A stretch of DNA of 64,000 nucleotides, taken from assembly GCF_039654945.1 (NCBI RefSeq), contig NW_027361676.1, forward strand, positions 76,136,001-76,200,000, written 5' to 3'. A model generated the notes under the pieces. That model ran no database searches and was not told the DNA's origin. It was given only the letters and a program-made list of their open reading frames with translations. A program made the translations under genes and the position numbers. Shown piece after piece: positions 1 to 12,410 of the stretch; position 1 is the stretch's first letter; each line of letters opens with the position of its first letter. The stretch is from Dendrobates tinctorius. Its lineage: Eukaryota.

Positions 1-2859
1 TGCTGATACCCCACATGTGGGGGTAAACCACTATTTGGGCGCATGGCAGAGCTCGGAAGGGAAGCAGCGCCATTTGACGTTTTTGGCTGGAATTGAGATC
101 GGACACCATGTCGCGATTGGAAAACCCCTGATGTACCTAAACAGTGAAAAACCCCCACAAATGACACCATTTTGTAAACTAGACCCCCCAAGGAACTTAT
201 CTAGATGTGTGGTGAGCACTTTGAACCCCCCAGTGCTTCACAGAAGTTTATAACACCCGGGCGTGAAAATAAAAAATTTGTATTTTTTCCACAAACATGA
301 TCATTTAGTCACCATTTTTTTTATTTTCCCAAGGTTACCAGGAGAAATTGGACCCCAAAAGTTGTTGTCCAATTTGTCCTGAGTATGCTGATACCCCATA
401 TGTGGGAGAAAACTACTGTATGGGCACACGTCGGGGCTCGGAAGGGACGTAGTGACGTTTTGGAATGCAGACTTTGATGGAATGGTCTACGGGTGTCATG
501 TTGCCTTTGGAGAGCCCCTAATGTACCTAAACAGTGGAAACCCCCCACAAATGACCCCATTTTGAAAACTAGACCCCCTAAGGAACTTATTTAGATGTGA
601 GGTGAACACTTTGAACCCCCAAGGGCTTCACAGAAGTTTATAATGCCAGGGCATGAAAATAAAAAAATCGTATTTTTTCCACAAACATGATCAATTAGTC
701 CCCAATTTTTTTATTTTCCCAAGGGTAACAGGAGAAATTGGACCCCAAAAGTTGTTGTCCAATTTGTTATGAGTACGCTGACACCCCATATGTGGGAGAA
801 AACTACTGTATGGACACACGTCGGGGCTCAGAAGGGAAGTAGTGACGTTTTGGAATGCAGACTTTGATGGAATGGTCTGCGGGTGTCATGTGCGTTTGGA
901 GAGCCCCTGATGTACTTAAACTATTGAAACTCCCCACAAGTGACCCCATTTTGGACACTAGACCCCCCACGGAACTTATCTAGATGTGTGGTGAGCACTT
1001 TGAACCCCCAAGTGCTTCACAGAAGTTTATAACGCTCGGACGTGAAAATAAAAAAAACATTTTTTTCCACAAAAATGATATTTTTGCCCCCAATTTTTTA
1101 TTTTCCTAAGGGTAACAGGAGAAATTGGACCCCAAAAATTGTTTTGCAATTTGTCCTGAGTAGGCTGATACCCTACATGTGGAGGTAAAACACTGTTTGG
1201 GCGCATGGCAGAGCTTGGAAGGGAAGGAGCACCATTTGATTTTTTCAACTCAGAATTGGCTGGAATTGAGATCAGACGCCATGTTGCATTTGGAGAGCCC
1301 CTGATGTGCCCAAACAGTGGAAAGCCCCAATTCTAACTCCAACCCGAATCCCAACACACCCCTAGCCCTAACCCTAACCCTAGCCCTGGACCTAACCCTA
1401 GCCCTAACCCTAACCCTAATGCAAAAATGGAAATAAATACATTTTTTTTATTTTATTTTTCCCTAACTAAGCGGGTGATAACGGGGGGTTTGATTTACTA
1501 TTTATGGCGGTTTTTATGTTTGGCAGCTGTCGCACGCTAAAAGACATTTTTTATTGTAAAAATAGTTTTTGCATCACCACATATTGAGAGCTCTAATTTT
1601 TCCGTATTTTGACCCACCGAGTCATGTGAGGTCTTATTTTTTGCGGGACGAGTTGACGTTTTTATTGGTACCATTTTCGGGCATGTGACATTTTTTGATC
1701 GCTTTTTATTTCGATTTTTGGGATGCAGAATGAACAAAAACCAGCGTTTCATGAATTTCTTTTGGGGGGGTGCGTTTACACCGTTCCGCTTGCGGTTAAA
1801 TTGATAAAGCGGTTTTATTCTTCGGGTCAGTACGGTTACAGCGATACCTCATTTAGGTCTTTTTTTATGTTTTGTCGGTTTTTTGCAATGAAAACTATTT
1901 TATATAAAAAATAATTATTTTTGCATCGCTTTATTCTGCGAGCTATAACTTTTTTATTTTTTTGCTGATGATGCTGTATGGCAGCTCGTTTTTTGCGGGA
2001 CAAGATGACGTTTTCAGTGGTACCATGGATATTTATATGCGTCTTTTTGATCGCGCGTTATTGCATTTTATGTTCGGCAGTATGATAATAAATCATTATT
2101 TTTTGCTTCATTTTTTATTTTTTAAGGGGTTCACTAAAGGGGTTAACTAATGGGACAGTTTTATAGGGCGGGTCGTTACGGACGCGGCGATACCTAATAT
2201 GTGTACTTTTATTGTTTTGGTTTTTTTACAAAAAACGGATTTATTGGAGGAATATATATTTTTTTTTCTAATTTATTTGGCGATTTTTTTAAAATTATTT
2301 TAACACTTTTTTTTTTTTTTTTACTTTATTACATAGTCCCAGGTGGGACATCACTGTCCTGTGACAGATCGCTGATCTGTCACATCACAGATCACTGTGA
2401 CAGACCAGCGATCTGTCGCAGGCAGTGCAGAAGGCTTCCTCATGCCTGCGCTTTGCAGGCACTGAGGAAGCCAGCTTACTGCAGGCCCCCGTCGCCATCT
2501 TGGATTCGGGGGCCTGCAGGAAAGGAGCCCCCCGCAGCAGCGCTGCACATTGCGCTGCCGTGGGGGGCTCAGGGAAGCCCGGAGGGAGCCCCCTCCCTGC
2601 CGATGCTTCCCTTTAACCCCCGGTACACCGCGATCATGTTTGATCGCGGTGTGCAAGGGGTTACCGTGTCGGGGGCGGTCTGTGACCACCCCTGACACAT
2701 TGTGCCGGGTGTCAGCTGTGATAATCAGCTGACACCCGGCCGCGATCAGCGGCGCTCACCACGTGGGCGCCGCTGTTCGCGGTAGATGTACTATCCCGTC
2801 CATGGGCATAGGGGCCCGGGTCCCATGGACAGGATAGTACGTCGGATGTCAGGAAGGGG
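1..2859 (+). mobile_element. piggyBac-type non-autonomous TTAA element, right part (left end outside window), with ~390-bp internal tandem units
   Basis: Ends ...GGAAGGGG followed by TTAA (2860-2863). The unit CTGATACCCC...GAAACTAGACCCC...GAACTTATCTAGATGTG recurs at ~4, 389, 778 and 1165. Homologous to the complete copy at 60296-62758. Confidence 0.75.
1335..1420 (+). repeat. Telomere-like (CCCTAA/CCCTAG)n tract inside piggyBac-type element
   Basis: Direct reading: ccctagccctaaccctaaccctagcc... Confidence 0.85.
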
Positions 2860-2863
2860 TTAA

Positions 2864-3741
2864 TATAGTGCAGTCTTCTGGTCCCTGTGCAGAAAAGCAC
2901 CCACAAAGAATGATGTTTCTCCTATTATGCTCCACGTTTGGGATGGTGTTCTGGGTATCTGACCACATGACATTCTCCCATGCCTCCTCTGGATCATCCA
3001 AATTGTCATTGGTGAAATTAAACTGGGCCTGGACATGTGCTAACATGAGCAGGGGGACCTTGCGCACCAGGCAGGATTTTAAGCCATGATGGTGTAGTAT
3101 GTTGCTAATGGTAATGTTTGAGACTGTGGTCATCCTGTGTAGTTATGGGCTGATTCCTGGCCTTTCTCAAAATTATCCTTACCCATTCAGTCGAGGTCTT
3201 ACATGGAGCCCCAAACCAAGGAAGATTGACAAGCATCTTGTGTTTTTTCCAATTTCAAATAATTGTGCCAACAGTTGTTGCTTTCTCACCAAGCTGTTTC
3301 CCTATTGTCCAGTGGCCCATCCCAGCCTTGTGCAGGTCTACAGTTTTGTCCCTGGTGTACTTAAACAGCTCTTTGTTCTTGGTGATGGTGGAGAGGTTGT
3401 AGTGTGATTGATTGAGTGTGTGGACAGGTGACTTTTATACATGTAATAAGTTCAAACAGTTGCAATACTGGTAAGGAGTGCAGAGTAGGAGGGCTTCTTT
3501 AAACAATTAACATTTCTGTGACAGACAGAATTCTTTCTGGTTGGTATGTGATCAATTACTTATTTCAGGCAACAAAATCCAATTTAATTAAGCATCATAC
3601 AATGTGATTTTCTGCTTTTTATTTTTAGAATATTACTGTCTCTCACAGTACCTATGATAAAAAAATACAGACCTCTATATTCTTTGTAGGTGGTAAAACT
3701 TGCAAAATTAGCAGTGTAATAAATACTAATTTCCCCCACTG
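2864..3741 (-). mobile_element. Tc1-like transposon remnant (5' half), interrupted by the TTAA element
   Basis: Terminus CAGTGGGGGAAA on minus at 3741 flanked by TA. Decayed transposase TISNILHHHGLKSCLVRKVPLL...AWENVMWSD (2849-3133). Confidence 0.85.
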
Positions 3742-4282
3742 TATCTGTGTATAGATGTTTTTTTTTTTTTCAAAAAAGTCAAAGGATGCATTAGCAGAGA
3801 TGATTCTCTGGTGGCATGTTTTTTTCCTTTGTGTGAAGTTTAAGAGTTACAACCAGGCAGCACATACTAGGCAAACATTTTAAAAACTGTTACAAAGGTG
3901 TTTGTAATGGGACGAAGTTTAGCTCTGCTGTACTGGCCAACCCCCTCTAGCAGGGGGTCCCACAAAAGCAGGTTTCCCACAACATTGGCTGCCATGAGAT
4001 TAAATTTGAAGAGTGTATTTAATCAAACACAATTCTCTACTGTACTCTTGGCACTTTGTAAGCCCAAAACAACTCTGCGGTAAATTCAGTGAGGAGAGCA
4101 GACTGTTTATCATTAAATGTTTCAAACTCATTTTAAGTGTACTGTATATAGGGGAATATTCTTTTTTTTTTACATTATGCTATTGCATACTTTTAGTTGG
4201 TCAAACTTATGTATGGGAAGTACACACCTCCAGCGAAAAATCTCTACTAATGCCCTCTTTGACTTAACATAAACTTTACAAG

Positions 4283-5215
4283 TGTAACGGCACTGGTGGA
4301 ACCACTGTGCCATAGTCTGAGAGCCTGGAGGGGCATGACTAGGTGAGCACCTGCCTCATCACTAGAGCCCCATGATTGTGGGGTTAGACTTGGCTCCTGA
4401 TGGACAAAAGGTGCTACTCCAGGACACACCTCAGACACACTGCAGCTGAACCCCAAGTGACAGCTGGAACCGCTCGGAAGGAGAGTACAACTGATACAGG
4501 CAAGTATGGTAGAAACACAGGAACCACAGATGCAGATGGGTATGGCGGGTATACAGATAGGCACTCGCAGGTGCGGGCTGGTACAGCTGGTATACAGATA
4601 TACACTGAGAGCTGCTGGCAGGTCCAGCTGGTATACTAATAGGAACTGGCAGGTCCAGGCTGGTATGGTTAGTATACAGATAGGCACTCACAGGTGCGTG
4701 CTGGTACAGCTGGTATACAGATACAGTATACACTGACAGCTGCTGGCAGGTCCAGCCAGCTGGTATACTGATAGGAACTGGCATGTCCAGGCTGGTAGAG
4801 TTAGTATACAGATAGGCACTGGCAGGTGCAGGCTGATTCAGCTGGTATACAGATAAGTACTGGCAGGAAAGGACTTGTACAGCTGGTATACAAATAGGCA
4901 CTGGCATGACAATAAGTCAACATGCAAGGGGCTAACTTTACACATTGCTCTGGCACCTCCATTAAAATGGAGGTGTCTTAAATAATAAGTGTCTCCAAGC
5001 CATTGGATGGGGATACTACTTTAGGATGGTGAGCGTGGTCCCGTTAAGCAGGGAGTGCGCGCCCTAAGCACAGTGCCCGAGGATCTGCGTGCCATGCGCA
5101 GAACCCAGGCATCAGCTGCAGCAGGAGAAGGAAGTACAAGAAAGGGACTATGATGGTGAATGAGTCGGTTTCCCTGCTGGGGAGGGGAGAGGCGTGCAGG
5201 GACGCCAGTGCTACA
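4283..5215. mobile_element. Solo LTR (Gypsy-like) with internal CAGCTGGTATACAGATA-type minisatellite
   Basis: TGTAAC...GCTACA termini, 5-bp TSD ACAAG (4278-4282, 5216-5220). Confidence 0.8.
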
Positions 5216-5555
5216 ACAAGCTAAAATGTTCAAAATGGAGAGAGAGAGACAAAATGAAAAAAATACAGCCACTATTCCATGATATGGCCAGTTTAACATG
5301 CTCAGTGGTGAAAAGTCATTGTTAAGCATTGTAGGACACACATTAAAAAACTGATAATGAAAAATTCATATCAGGACTCTAGAGGTATTTTACCATCTAT
5401 ATTACAATTGTATGAAACGAGCCTAATGCTGACAACACATGCCAGATAAGTGTTCACAAACATCACAGATTTCAACAAAACCCACGACAATTTGATGTGT
5501 ACTGGGGGCAGCTAGAGTAAATTTTAGAAACTTTTGTGTTACTGTAGCATATAAG

Positions 5556-6664
5556 TGTCATGATCCAGTGTTGGATCTGGCGGTATTAAAAGCACAAAGT
5601 GAACTTTTTTTACTTTGGTTGAGTTCAAAGGTGTTTTGACTGTCCCCGGTGGTGGTTAGCGGTATCGCACCTTAGGTTTAGGTTAATGCTCACTTAATTA
5701 GGGATCAGGTGTGACTCCCTATAAAGGTGTGCTTAGGGGGTTCACTCACGGCTGGTGATATTTCTTTCTGAGTTGTTGGAGAGCCTGGTGGAAGGATGGA
5801 GCGGGATAGGAGTCCTGCGCAGTCAGCCAGAGAGGATGAGTGCCAGCTAATGGTGTCTGCAGGAAGGACTGGCATGGCTTGGAGTCGCAGTTTATGGTGT
5901 CGGCGGGAAGTGCGGGCATGGCTTAGAGGAGTGGCGACTAGGAAGAGAGTTGCACTCAGCATGTTCGACTTGGTTGCTCAGAACTGGACTCGAGCATGCT
6001 TGGATTCTTGGCAGAGGCTGGACTCATCTTGGGACTCTGTGTACTGGACTGCTGCAAGTGGTGATGGCACTGCTCCCAGGCTGCACGATGGTGAAGGATC
6101 CAGTTATGTGATGGATCAGGGTGGAGGAGAAGATGCACACAGGTGGTGGGCTCTGTTGCTAGGAGCGCACGCAACAGAGCAAAGATAAGTGGTGTTTCCC
6201 CTGTATTGTCTCTTTCCTCATGTGTGTTATTAGTGCAGTGGTGGGATTAGTCTCTGCACCGACCCACTCCCTAGTGAGGGTTTAGGGTCAGGGCGAGCAA
6301 GGGCGTTAAGGTACGCGTGTGGCGACAGGTGCGGAGCCTGTTTAGGGAATGTGAGGAGTGTAGGGACACTGGCTCAGGGGAGTGCAGGAGGTCTCCATTT
6401 CCCCATTCCCTATCGCAGGGCCCACCATTGTTAAAGTTACCCAGGTTCCCCCCTTATTATTTAAATGAGCCTTACTGGAGGCGGTGTTTCCAGATATATG
6501 TATGCATGGCGTGTAATACCTAAATCCGCCAGGTGGAGGCGGCGTATCCACCTGCAAGCTTTATTATTTAAATTCGCCCCACTGGAGGCGGTGTATCCAG
6601 GGTCACGTGTGTTATGGGTTCGCCTTGCGGCATCATCTGCATCCTGACACACGTGATCATGACA
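5556..6664 (+). repeat. 5' LTR
   Basis: Direct repeat of 8047-9156, about a dozen differences by eye. Confidence 0.95.
5720..5760 (+). promoter_or_regulatory. LTR TATA box (TATAAA 5720-5725) and inferred transcript 5' end GGCTGGTGATA (5750-5760)
   Basis: TATA lies 30 bp upstream of an 11-mer that is the exact complement of the PBS. Confidence 0.7.
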
Positions 6665-6665
6665 T

Positions 6666-6676
6666 TATCACCAGCC
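6666..6676 (+). promoter_or_regulatory. Self-priming primer-binding site TATCACCAGCC
   Basis: 1 nt after the 5' LTR. Not TGG/tRNA type. Reverse complement of 5750-5760. Confidence 0.8.
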
Positions 6677-8046
6677 CTTACTTTTTTTTCTGGTGAGCTT
6701 TGGCCATGTGGAGACCGCTGAGTAATTGCTGCCGGGCCTCACTGATGTGAGTGGGGAGCGGCAAGGTGTTTAGCGCCGCTGCAGCAGCAGTTATCACGGT
6801 CTGGGGCCTCTGCTCAGATAACCAGAGAAACAAATTGGCGGCTTTGGCAAATTGCGGGTCTGGCAAAAGCCCCTAGAGTCGCTGCTGGGGAGCGGGACTT
6901 GCTCTTGCACGGGGAGGTACCCAGGCAGGTGGGAGGAATGGTGCCCCACGGAGCTGCCTGGTATTCCCCGAGGTGAAGGGGTACATCCCTGTGGTGAGCA
7001 GACTAGGTGTGTAGTCGCTGCTGGGGAGCGGGACTTGCTCTTACAGGGGACGCACCCAGGCAGGTGGGAGGAATGGTGCCCCACGGAGCTGCCTGGTATT
7101 CCCCGAGGTGAAGGGGTACGTCCCTGTAGTGAGCAGATTGGTGAATAGTCCGCGGGGCTCATGCCAAACCTTCGATGCCGCCCCTCCTGGTCGTGTGGAG
7201 GCGACCAGCGAGTATATATATATTTTCCTCCATATTCCTGCGGCTATGGTACTCAAACCCCCTAGAGTTGCTGCTGGGGAGCAGGACTGGTTCATGCAGG
7301 CGGGCGCACCCAGGCAGGTGGGAGGAATGGTGCCCCACGGAGCTGCCTGGTATTCCCCGAGGTGAAGGGGTACGCCCCTGTGGTGAGCTGACTGGTGTGA
7401 TAGTCTGTGGGGTTTTACGCCATATCTTCTATGCCATCGAAGAAGCCGCCCTCCTGGTCATGTGGAGGCGACCAGCGAGAGTATATTTCCTCCATTTCCC
7501 GGTCCCCTTCTCCTCCTGGTTTGTGCAGCAGGTGTGCTGCGGGGGAGTAGGGACAAATCTCTACCCTCGCCATTAACCAACCCTAGGAGGCGCAGTCCTC
7601 ATGGTGAAAGGGTTGGAGGGTGTGTCCCTTGGTGAATAGTGGGGGTGTGAGTGTGGTGACACAGGGGGACGCCTCTGTTGTCAAGTCCAGAGTGAGTTCA
7701 CCAAGTTATGACAAATGTATGTGTGCAATAAACGTGCAGGTCCGGACCTGTGTGTGAACGAGCATGTATGGGTGCCACCAAAAAACATCTTGGAAATGTG
7801 TTGTGGAGTCTGATCAGCTCTTAGCATACATACACATACATGATCTCGTTTCCCAGGTCGGCGCTGTGGAGATGAGTGGTGCCTCCAAAATGAACATTTA
7901 TTGCCAATACCAGCGGTGTTTGTCATGAACCTGAAGTGTCAGGTAATGGTGGGGTGAACTCAGGATCTGGGCGTCCCCGCTGTAGGTGTTTCCCTAATGA
8001 GGGGTGGTCTTGAGGGTCCAGAGGCCCCTCATTAAGGAGGGGGTAC

Positions 8047-9156
8047 TGTCATGATCCAGTGTTGGATCTGGCGGTATTAAAAGCACAAAGTGAACTTTTT
8101 TTACTTTGGTTGAGTTCAAAGGTGTTTTGACTGTCCCCGGTGGTGGTTAGCGGTATCGCACCTTAGGTTTAGGTTAATGCTCATTTAATTAGGGATCAGG
8201 TGTGACTCCCTATAAAGGTGTGCTTAGGGGGTTCACTCACGGCTGGTGATATTTCTTTCTGAGTTGTTGGAGAGCCTGGTGGAAGGATGGAGCGGGATAG
8301 GAGTCCTGCGCAGTCAGCCAGAGAGGATGAGTGCCAGCTAATGGTGTCTGCAGGAAGGACTGGCATGGCTTGGAGTCGCAGTTTATGGTGTCGGCGGGAA
8401 GTGCGGGCATGGCTTAGAGGAGTGGCGACTAGGAAGAGAGTTGCACTCAGCATGTTCGACTTGGTTGCTGAGAACTGGACTCGAGCATGCTTGGATTCTT
8501 GGCAGAGGCTGGACTCATCTTGGGACTCTGTGTACTGGACTGCTGCAAGTGGTGATGGACTCTGCTCCCAGGCTGCACGATGGTGAAGGATCCAGTTATG
8601 TGATGGATCAGGGTGGAGGAGAAGATGCACACAGGTGGTGGGCTCTGTTGCTAGGAGCGCACGCAACAAAGCAAAGATAAGTGGTGTTTCCCCTGTATTG
8701 TCTCTTTCCTCATGTGTGTTATTAGTGCAGTGGTGGGATTAGTCTCCGCACCGACCCACTCCCTAGTGAGGGTTTAGGGTCAGGGCAAGCAAGGGCGTTA
8801 AGGTACGCGTGCGGCGACAGGTGCGGAGCCTGTTTAGGGAATGTGAGGAGTGTAGGGACACTGGCTCAGGGGAGTGCAGGAGGTCTCCATTTCCCCATTC
8901 CCTATCGCAGGGCCCACCATTGTTAAAGTTACCCAGATTCCCCCCTTATTATTTAAATGCGCCTTACTGGAGGCGGTGTTTCCAGATATATGTATGCATG
9001 GCATGTAATACCTAAATCCGCCAGGTGGAGGCGGCGTATCCACCTGCACGCTTTATTATTTAAATTCGCCCCACTGGAGGCGGTGTATCCAGGGTCACGT
9101 GTATTATGGGTTCGCCTTGCGGCATCATCTGCATCCTGACACACGTGATCATGACA
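8047..9156 (+). repeat. 3' LTR
   Basis: Direct repeat of 5556-6664, preceded by PPT. Confidence 0.95.
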
Positions 9157-9645
9157 ATAAGTGGTTTAGTAAATGCCAAGATTATGGAAATATCATAGTG
9201 TACATAACCATCAAAGCTGGATAAGCATGTTTATCCTATATCAGTATATCAAATTTTTCAAGATTATACAGGGTCTATCATTGAGGACATTGCAAAAAGA
9301 GAAAAGCTAACCTTGTTAGGGTCACTTATCTAATATAGTGTACTTTACAATGTGTCCCCAGTAGTCACATAATCTTACACCATATATTCTGGTCTGATAT
9401 GAAATACATTTTATGGGGTTTTCAGAGAAGTCCCCTGAGATGTCATCTAGAAGACAGATTTCCACTGTGCAATGTAAGATGGGAAGAGAGAGAATTGTGT
9501 GTAAAACCACTATGGTTCTTTATACTCATAATATGCACCTATGTTGGTGTGTTATTTATATTACTGCAACTTTTATTAAAGAGATATTGGCCTACTGAAC
9601 TAAAATCTCTCATAGCTGCCATTGTAAAGAATATGGCAGATTTAA

Positions 9646-9984
9646 AGCAGACATGTCATCAGGTCAAAAGTGTTATTGCTTTTATTTTCTTCCCACTGCT
9701 CCAATGAGTGCCTTTTTTAAAAAAAAATCCTCCAACCAGTTTCAGAGATATGGGCTATATCTAGGGTTAGCTTTTATGGGGAGTGACTATGTGGTGTGTC
9801 TTTTGGCTGCTCCGCATTATCACCATCAGAGCTACGCCCCCTTGTAAAGACAACACAAATCTCCACCAAATGAAAAGGCCCATATCTCTCAAATAAAAGA
9901 TTAAAAAGAACCACAATACCCAGAAGAGCAGAAATTAAGTATAAGCAAAAAAACGATCATTTTTGACCTTGTGACAGGTCCTCT
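9646..9984. mobile_element. T2/Kolobok-type MITE
   Basis: TTAA-AGCAGACATGTCA ... TGACAGGTCCTCT-TTAA. Confidence 0.75.
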
Positions 9985-10477
9985 TTAAGACCATATTGAA
10001 ACATTTATGTATAGACAGTTAGCAGCGTGATTCATCTCTACAAAACCACTGTATAACTGCAGCATGTCAAGGTATATGAATCATGAATATATCTGAAAAG
10101 CACGAGGGAAACATGTGAGATTTAGTATCGTCGAGTATTATTAAATGGAAGGGTCAATGGCTGCTCTGAAGCAACCCAGTAAAAGGGTCAAGTACAGTCC
10201 TGAGGCTGAAGTGTAAATATCAGATGGCAGAGTGCATTACCTGACTTTGAAGAACATACACAATGAATTTGGGAACATCATGAGTTTTCTAGATAAGAAA
10301 TAATTCATAAAATGATGTCTCACTAGTTTTAAATATCCATAAATAATGGCGATAAACCTTCTAATTTTCAAATGCATTGGAAAATGTATTTGGTATGCCC
10401 AAATGGGTTGGCTACTTATTCTTTACTTTAACAAATGTGTTTGGGATATCATTTTGTGCCACTTACTAATGTATAAA

Positions 10478-11809
10478 TGGGTCGCCCTCCCAGGGCTGTG
10501 GGGTACTCGGTACCGGGCCGGTATCAGTGGGATGTGTCACAGCAGCGGTGACCCGGTCCATGGCCCTGGGCACCCAAGTAATAGGAAGAAGATGTGAATG
10601 GTGGAATGTAGTTAAATGAATAGTTTGTGACGCCACCTGTGATGTTCGGCAAGGGAGGTGTTAAGCCGACGCTGCATGCAGATCCTCCGGGACAGATGGT
10701 GTGGTGCAGCAATGGTGGTATAGCCCTCCACAGGCAGGGCTGTTGTCCCAGGGCAGTGTAGATGTGGAGAAACTTAGGTGATGTAGTGTCTGGCGCAGGG
10801 GATGTAGCAGTGTCAGGCGGACGGACGCAGGAAGGAATGGAGGACACCAGGGCATGTAGTTCCAAAGCTTTACTCACAGTCTGTAGTGCTCGCTTCTGTG
10901 CCGTGTCCTCCGGGTCAGGGGCTCAGTCAACCTCCAGGCAAGATGGAAAGCTCCCTTCCACACTCCGCCAACTTATGTGCCTTTCCTGAACGTCTCCTCT
11001 ATAGCACCTTTAAGTGTGAAGATCTCCAGTACCGTTTTTCACTGGAGTTCCTCCTGACAGATGTTCCCAAGAACTCTACTTGCACGGCAGACAGCTGTAG
11101 CCTGCTTCGGGGACTCTCTACTCCTGAGTCCCGGCTCTCTATCCGTATTGCTGTTGTGCCCTCAAGTCTTAGATGGGAGTAGTGCATTTACAGCCCACTA
11201 CTCCACCGGTGTCTGCTGCAGAACCATTAGTGTTCATACAACCTCGGGGACCGGGCCCCGGCCTTGCGCTTAGAACTTCTAGGCAGGGTTCTTCCTCTAA
11301 CCCACGTCCTCTGTGTTCCCTTTTACTCCTACATTCCGTACTTGTCTTTTCCCTTCTATGGAAGCTCAGGCTTCAGGTCAACGTCCTTCTCATTCCTTCT
11401 TTCCTTTCCTTTCCCGTGCCAGCTGGCTCAGGTCACTGAGGCAGCTGCAGCACTCCTTCCTCCATCCCTTCTTCCAGGGATCCCCACTCCTCCCGAGTGG
11501 CTTCCTTCCTCACTGACCTCCTGTCAGACTGACCTGTCATCCTAAACCATCCCTCTCATATATATATATTCTGAACTCCACCCACCTCCCAGCACATCTA
11601 AGTGTTCCAAGCAGGGAACCACCAAAGGTGCTCTGCTTCTCTCTAAGCAAGGAGCCGCAATGTGGTTATGCTGAACTACTCTATTGTGTGGGGTGCTAGT
11701 GTTGGAGCGTGGTCAGGAGCCCCCAACTTACCTGGATGGTGGGGCACCACACCTTAGGAGAGAGGAAGGTGCAGTACCTCTGTGGCGACTGAGCCTCAGA
11801 GGCGCCACA
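10478..11809. mobile_element. Solo LTR (Gypsy-like)
   Basis: TGGGTCGCCC...AGGCGCCACA termini, 4-bp TSD TAAA (10474-10477, 11810-11813). Confidence 0.75.
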
Positions 11810-11870
11810 TAAATATTATAGGTTCTCCTCCCAGACTTCATAGTGCGGCATTCATTATACACTGACCCGC

Positions 11871-12410
11871 TGTCATTGTTCCTTGACAGCTCTAAAGATG
11901 GCTACCATGCACAGTTTTGGTGGTAGCTACCCCATTTTCCAGATCCCATGGGTTGTCCAGGCTTTCACCCTTTAAGTCCTCTACAAGGAGCTGGACTTAC
12001 ACTTTGACACCTAGGATGGGGACACATAGTCAGCAAGCTGGAAAGAAGAATATTCAAGTAACCAGGTCAGAACAAGGAGGTACGAGTGTGGAAAAAATGG
12101 TCATGCAGGAGAAATGTCTGTGTACAAGCCAAAGTCAAAACCAGTAATATCCAGTAAGACAGGATCTGATACACACAACACCAGAGCTAGTTAGGTTATA
12201 ACTGTCAGTTGGAACTTATGCTAAGGGGTCTAAATAACGAGCAGCCCCACCCAGGACTGACAGCAGGAACAAACACAAACTACCAAGGATTTAACCCCAA
12301 ACCTTCTGGACTGACCAAAGCCACAAGTCCCAGGAGCACAAGAGGGCTACTGAATAGTCACCCTGTCAGTCAATGATCAAAGCAGGAATAGAGTGGACAG
12401 GCACCGGTAC
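11871..12410. mobile_element. Probable degenerate LTR fragment
   Basis: Starts TGTCA and resembles LTR composition. Right end and TSD not resolved. Confidence 0.3.

Larger units (their letters stand above)
5556..9156 (+). mobile_element. Complete non-autonomous LTR retrotransposon (Tf1/sushi chromovirus-like), ~1.1-kb LTRs, 1.38-kb non-coding interior
   Basis: TGTCATGATC...GATCATGACA LTRs, TSD ATAAG (5551-5555, 9157-9161), PPT AAGGAGGGGG at 8034-8043. Interior ends in GPEAPH*GGGTV, like sushi Pol C-termini. No RT, IN or gag ORF. Confidence 0.92.

Noticed and set aside
5556-9156. Segmental duplication or assembly duplicate
   Set aside because: TG..CA ends, TSD, PBS, PPT and scattered differences show these are paired LTRs.
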